In this document: positions 59,495 through 64,000 of the stretch, one piece after another
Numbering within the stretch: position 1 is the first letter of the stretch
How the letters are laid out: the number at the start of each line of letters is the position of its first letter
Notes under the pieces: generated by a model
Databases searched by the model: none
Told to the model about the DNA's origin: nothing
The model's input: only the letters and a program-made list of their open reading frames with translations
NCBI GenBank assembly: GCA_016839815.1
Contig: JAEOTM010000066.1
Location: 1 to 64,000 of the forward strand
Length of the DNA: 64,000 bases
Direction: 5' to 3'
DNA from: Candidatus Hodarchaeota archaeon
Lineage (GTDB): Archaea > Asgardarchaeota > Heimdallarchaeia > Hodarchaeales > Hodarchaeaceae
Program-made: the position numbers and the translations under genes

Positions 59495-60346
59495 TTAATG
59501 GTCTAACCATTTTATCTTAAAGAAGTCGGAATAAGTGTAGATAGGGAAATCTGTGTAATGATCGATAATCTCAGTTATTTGAATGACTGTACGCTTCTGA
59601 TATAAATCAATCTTTTCTTTCTGTGTATCTTTTTCAACCAATGATTTCAGCTTCTGGAAATAATCGACTATTCGGGTCTTCCATTCACCCCGGGATCGTC
59701 TATCAATTCGATAGATTATCGGTGTTTCAACCTCCTTCAATCTAAACTCATTTTGATATATATAATGCCAAAACACTAGCGGAAATGAATAACCAGCATG
59801 ATCCATTTCCAAGGGAAGAATTCGTACTCTATATCCTTTCAACCCACAAAAAGCATCAGTTATCTGAGTGTCAAACACTTCATTTATCGTTCTAGTAAGA
59901 AACATGTTCGTGACATATCTATCAACAGGAACCTTAGTATTATCCTTCCAGAATTTGTATGTTAAATATCTACTAGTAGAAATTAAATCTATCTCAGGGT
60001 TCTCTGAGAGTTCACTTATTATCTCCTTAATAGTAAATGGTGAATGCTGTAAATCAGCGTCAAAAGTAATTAAAATATCATAACCTTTCTGAGCTTCCCT
60101 AAATAAGGTAAGGATTGTATTTCCATAACCTAATGGACCTGATTTATGTCTAACAATTTTTAATCTATAAGTCAATGAAAGCTCTTCATATATTTCACGG
60201 GACTGATCCGTACTTCCATCATCAGCAATAAGAACATCTATGTCGTAATGTTGACATTCTGAGTATAAATACTCATATAGAGAGACAAGACACTCTTGAA
60301 GATATGCTTGTTCATTATGCAATGGAATGCCTATTAGAATTTTTAT
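59495..60346 (-). CDS. GT2 glycosyltransferase (DPM1-like); probable ATA start
   Basis: KILIGIPLHNE, DDGSTD, GYG, DADLQH, DAFCGLKGY. Confidence 0.88.
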   Translation of the reverse strand: MKILIGIPLHNEQAYLQECLVSLYEYLYSECQHYDIDVLIADDGSTDQSREIYEELSLTYRLKIVRHKSGPLGYGNTILTLFREAQKGYDILITFDADLQHSPFTIKEIISELSENPEIDLISTSRYLTYKFWKDNTKVPVDRYVTNMFLTRTINEVFDTQITDAFCGLKGYRVRILPLEMDHAGYSFPLVFWHYIYQNEFRLKEVETPIIYRIDRRSRGEWKTRIVDYFQKLKSLVEKDTQKEKIDLYQKRTVIQITEIIDHYTDFPIYTYSDFFKIKWLDH

Positions 60347-60646
60347 AAGGACTCCTCCAGCGAGGATAAAGTAATTAATGAGCGAAAATATATTTGTTTA
60401 CTGCGATTTGGAGTTTGTTTATCAATCATTTTGAGATGGTAAAATCTGAATATCTTCAGAATTCATTCAAAAAAATTATGAGATGGATGTCAATAATCTT
60501 CGAGATATACAATATTTGAAATAACGCTTTTAGATATAGGTTAATTTCAATCCAATGTTCTCTGAAATCCTTTTAAAACCTCTTTTTCTCGGGTAGATTA
60601 GAGTGTTCTAAGAACATGGTGACAAATACGTCAATCAGATAGGAGA

Positions 60647-61087
60647 ATGACTGATAAATTGACCGAAATTGATCCTGAACTTCAAGAGATATTGAAAAAG
60701 AAGGCTTCATCGCTAAAAAAGGACGTATCTTTCTTTAATGAAGTAAATCAGAATGGTGTCACCCACGTTGACGATTCTAATATCGATAGGATAATTCAAT
60801 CCTCTCCACTACCAGTCTTAGTAGACTTCTCCGCTGATGCTTGGTGTAGACCCTGTCAGGTAATGGCACCAGTATATGAAGAATTAAGTCAAGAGTATGC
60901 AAAAAAAGTTGTCTTTCTTAAAATCAATACTGACCAGAACCATCAGGCCTCAGGTAGATATAGAATATTCTCGGTACCAACTTTTATCATATTTAAAGCA
61001 GGTAATCGGATAGCACAAAGAGCAGGTGCGGCTCCAAAAGCAAAATTTAAAGCATGGATTGAAGAAACTTTATCAAACAGTGCTTAA
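60647..61087 (+). CDS. trxA: thioredoxin with N-terminal helical extension
   Basis: VDFSADAWCRPC, SVPT. Confidence 0.92.
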   Translation: MTDKLTEIDPELQEILKKKASSLKKDVSFFNEVNQNGVTHVDDSNIDRIIQSSPLPVLVDFSADAWCRPCQVMAPVYEELSQEYAKKVVFLKINTDQNHQASGRYRIFSVPTFIIFKAGNRIAQRAGAAPKAKFKAWIEETLSNSA

Positions 61088-61133
61088 AATTTTGGAATCA
61101 GGTGTAATGACTTAGTAAGTAGTGTGAAGTACT

Positions 61134-61202
61134 TTGAGAGAAAAATGGAAGAAAAAACGACTAAGAAGAAGGAAGAGAAAAGAAAGAAGAAGAAAAGGAT
61201 AG
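61134..61202 (+). CDS. rpl41e: ribosomal protein eL41 (eS32)
   Basis: Not in ORF track. TTG-start 22-aa MREKWKKKRLRRRKRKERRRKG, matching the eL41 MRxKWxKKRxRRxKRK consensus. Confidence 0.85.
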   Translation: MREKWKKKRLRRRKRKERRRKG

Positions 61203-61302
61203 TCTAAATCTATTTTTCTGCAAGAAATATGTCCCTTACTACGACAATACCTAAATCTTGCCACGATTACTTCTTTTGAACCATTAGGTGTGTTCTTAAA
61301 TA

Positions 61303-62382
61303 ATGATCATTGGTGTGATAGGATCAAGGGGAACAGTTCCTACTGCGAATAATGGTACAACATCATTCCTAGTAGATAATAAATTTCTGTTTGAATGTCC
61401 ATCAGAAATTGTACAGGCCTTCCATCGATTTCAAAATAATTGGACAGAGGTTGTGGGGAGTGTGAAGAACACTGAACTTGAAGCATTAGGTCGGCCAACT
61501 TTTGGAAAAATATCCCATATCATTCTTTCCCACCTTCATTTTGATCATTGGGGAGGAATACCTCATATTTTACATCGAATTCTGCTTTTAGAACGAGAAA
61601 AACGCGAACGCGAACCGATCCACCTGGTGATACCTAAAGGATCAACACTCCCTCTTCAAATGCGAATGAAACACACTTTCTCACTTGAAAATTCAGACTT
61701 TCCTCTGAATGATGATGAGTTCCTCTATAGATTTTTAGCAATTGAAATTGGTTTGATAATTCAAAAAATCGTGAAGATTATCGTGATAGTCCCAGGAGAA
61801 ACAATTATCCCAGAATCAGGATATGAATTAAGCTGTGAACACAATTCTCATCTACCACAAGGGTCTGTTGCCTTTAAATTTTCTTCTAATAAGGTTAAAC
61901 TGAATGTGAAGAAAGCAAGAAAGTTGGAAGTTCCTTTTAACTCGACTCTCAAACAAATTGAGACTAGTAAAGAACCTGTTATGGTTAAAGGAAACCTTAT
62001 CAAACGGTCAGATATTTTTCACGATATAAAGGTGAATCTAGGATATTCTGGAGACACCACCCTTAATTCTAAAGTTTTAGATTTTTTCTCAGATTGTCAA
62101 GTAATTATTCATGAAACAACCTACCTGACTGTAGATGAAAGTTATCACTTAGACATTCATACAGATTTAGAATCATTAGTTGAGGCCTTAAAAGCCTTCA
62201 AAGAATTGTTTCTTTTATTACCCATCCATTTTTCTATCAGGCATAACTCTAACGAGATTAGACAAGCAATAGAAAAAGTTAAAACAAATCAATTTCAGAT
62301 TTGTGATACTACAGCCACTTTCATTGTACATATGGATTATGAATCAATTATTGCTTTATATGAAAAGCCGAAGGATACTTGA
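61303..62382 (+). CDS. rnz: ribonuclease Z family metallo-beta-lactamase
   Basis: GSRGTVP, SHLHFDH, exosite-like insert, SGDT, HET, HFS.R. Confidence 0.8.
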   Translation: MIIGVIGSRGTVPTANNGTTSFLVDNKFLFECPSEIVQAFHRFQNNWTEVVGSVKNTELEALGRPTFGKISHIILSHLHFDHWGGIPHILHRILLLEREKREREPIHLVIPKGSTLPLQMRMKHTFSLENSDFPLNDDEFLYRFLAIEIGLIIQKIVKIIVIVPGETIIPESGYELSCEHNSHLPQGSVAFKFSSNKVKLNVKKARKLEVPFNSTLKQIETSKEPVMVKGNLIKRSDIFHDIKVNLGYSGDTTLNSKVLDFFSDCQVIIHETTYLTVDESYHLDIHTDLESLVEALKAFKELFLLLPIHFSIRHNSNEIRQAIEKVKTNQFQICDTTATFIVHMDYESIIALYEKPKDT

Positions 62383-63213
62383 TTAATCAACTATGATAGT
62401 TTTATCAAACCAAGAGGGTAAATTTGGATAACCTGCATCTTTAGCAATCTTCCTTAGGAGTTTCAACGTTCCTGACCCATACTGAAGTGCTTTCTTGGGT
62501 TGACTAGCCATTATGGGTGATAGGTCGAGATTCGAAGCCAATGCTCGAAGAATTGCTTTTCGTATCGGATGATCTCTCCTACCAATAATATGTTCCTTTA
62601 TTGGTATAGATTTCGCATATTTAATCACATCTGGGGACAGAAAAGGATAAACCAATGATATACCGAAATAGTCACCAATCCGTTTTTCCATAACCATTTG
62701 GTCTGTAGTTAAAGATAATAGATCTGAGTCCATCATTTTCCTTATTTTGATCTCACTGGAGTTCCTGTACAGCTCTACATACTTCTTATACCCTCCAAAA
62801 AGCTCATCTGCTCCTTGTCCTAGGAAAACATGTTTTATCCCGTTCAAACTCAGATAACGCATACCTACGAATAATGGTATAGCAATAAGTAACTTACTTA
62901 TCTCAGAAACCACATTCAGTTTTGATAAACTTTCGATTGTATTACTGATTACTGAATTATTGAGTGAACATAGATTTAGATCAATATTCAATTCTCGAGC
63001 TCCCTTCAAGGCATTCTCAATATCATAACTCCCTTTTACTCCAACCGTAACTGGGTGTATTCTGTTTACTCCGATCTCTTTTATCAAAATTCTTAATATA
63101 ATCGAAGAATCAAGTCCTCCACTGTACAGAATTCCAATATTCTCATAACACAGATTTTGTCGGATAATGGATGTTAAGTGGTCTAATAATAAATTCAAAC
63201 TAGTTCTCCTCAA
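62383..63213 (-). CDS. asparagine synthase C-terminal-domain protein (no glutaminase domain)
   Basis: SGGLDSS PP-loop, GQGADELFGGY, YPFL, KKALQYGSG. Confidence 0.85.
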   Translation of the reverse strand: MRRTSLNLLLDHLTSIIRQNLCYENIGILYSGGLDSSIILRILIKEIGVNRIHPVTVGVKGSYDIENALKGARELNIDLNLCSLNNSVISNTIESLSKLNVVSEISKLLIAIPLFVGMRYLSLNGIKHVFLGQGADELFGGYKKYVELYRNSSEIKIRKMMDSDLLSLTTDQMVMEKRIGDYFGISLVYPFLSPDVIKYAKSIPIKEHIIGRRDHPIRKAILRALASNLDLSPIMASQPKKALQYGSGTLKLLRKIAKDAGYPNLPSWFDKTIIVD

Positions 63214-63283
63214 GAATCACACGGAGGAAGATTTCTTTTGATTATTCTTCATGAGATATAGCCATATTGTTTGATTTAAATTT

Positions 63284-64000
63284 ATGACGCAAAAAATTTA
63301 TGATTTACCAAAATCCAGAGATATTCGATCAGTAGATACCTTGAATAAATGTGAATTCAAAGTGAGAACTACCAATCCCAAAAAAGGCCTTAGAAAAAAA
63401 TATGAAGCTATTTTTGCTCCTTTGGGCAAGTTTCTAGCAAATACATGGATTACTCCTAATATGATTTCTATGTTAAGTGTGGGAGCTAGTATCTGCAGTT
63501 GTATAGCGTATGCTAGTGTATCATCAGTAGGAGCTAGCTTAAGTTTGTTAGTGGGTACATTTTTACTAGGAGTATCTTCTTTATTAGATATGATGGACGG
63601 AAGTCTTGCAAGAGCAAGAGGAATTGCTGGTCATTTCGGAGCTTTATTAGATCGTACATTGGATAGAGTCTCGGAATTCTTTTTTCTATTAGGCATTATG
63701 ATGGGGGGATATGTTCTCCCAGAATTAGTCTTCTTCTGCTTTGAGGGGATGATCCTAGCTAGTTACGTTCGGTCAACTGCAGAATTACGTGGAGGCTTGA
63801 ACATGGAATCAACTCAAGGTATTTTTGAAAGAAAAGAAAAATTAACACTTTTAGCAATAGGTTGCCTACTCGAAATCCTCCTTCTCGAGGATATATTTAC
63901 AGAATTTTGGCCGTTTACAGATTTTGGAATCTTAGCGATCATCATTTTGATAATTGGTATTGCATCAAATATCTCCGCTTTTCAACGGATTTTATTTGCC
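63284..64000 (+). CDS. CDP-alcohol phosphatidyltransferase (archaetidylinositol-phosphate synthase-like), runs off window; start uncertain (63284/63341/63362)
   Basis: Not in ORF track. ITPNMIS and LDMMDGSLAR...FGALLDRTLDRVSE signature. Confidence 0.88.
   Translation, partial: MTQKIYDLPKSRDIRSVDTLNKCEFKVRTTNPKKGLRKKYEAIFAPLGKFLANTWITPNMISMLSVGASICSCIAYASVSSVGASLSLLVGTFLLGVSSLLDMMDGSLARARGIAGHFGALLDRTLDRVSEFFFLLGIMMGGYVLPELVFFCFEGMILASYVRSTAELRGGLNMESTQGIFERKEKLTLLAIGCLLEILLLEDIFTEFWPFTDFGILAIIILIIGIASNISAFQRILFA

Noticed and set aside
876-60083. Numerous 60-180 aa ORFs overlapping confident genes (e.g. 876-1118, 5103-5333, 11510-11893, 17238-17489, 38925-39338, 42236-42787, 49517-50173, 53539-53790)
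   Set aside because: Antisense or alternate-frame shadows of well-supported genes with no recognisable motifs
61145-61207. ATG-initiated Lys-rich ORF MEEKTTKKKEEKRKKKKRIV
   Set aside because: The overlapping TTG frame matches the eL41 consensus including KW; this frame matches nothing
1-64000. CRISPR arrays, IS/transposases, integrases, rRNA, selenoprotein recoding
   Set aside because: No regularly spaced repeats, mobile-element genes, tRNA-end duplications or rRNA-like segments noticed; redox motifs (Trx, 4Fe-4S) use ordinary Cys codons

Overview
AT-rich, gene-dense chromosomal window from an archaeon, most likely Asgard (probably Heimdallarchaeia/Hodarchaeales-like). This assignment is inferred from PolB1, Rpo8, a TRAP-beta-like protein, a eukaryote-like Sec61beta and a GET3-type ATPase. 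The window is mostly housekeeping: ribosomal proteins, translation and ribosome-biogenesis factors, RNAP subunits, TBP/TFB/TFS, KEOPS, box C/D and H/ACA proteins, both tRNA-splicing endonuclease subunits, 4 tRNAs (3 with introns), H+-PPase and folate/lipid enzymes. No CRISPR array, rRNA or mobile element was seen. Six genes are missing from the ORF track: partial glyS, a 48-aa membrane peptide, S27ae, Sec61beta, a 22-aa eL41 and a partial CDP-alcohol phosphatidyltransferase. The most intriguing signal is a set of three coiled-coil/linker/C-terminal-helix proteins, two of them proline-rich, whose layout recalls eukaryotic actin nucleation-promoting complexes (WAVE/WASH: BRK1/CCDC53-like coiled coils, polyproline, C/A-like tail) or ESCRT adaptors. 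Other leads are an apparently domesticated, inactive LAGLIDADG-fold regulator, an Elp4-like pseudo-ATPase, a triple RPC34-like winged-helix protein, and genes (TFB, a GT2) that seem to need CTG/ATA start codons. All homology calls are by eye and from memory and need profile or structure searches.
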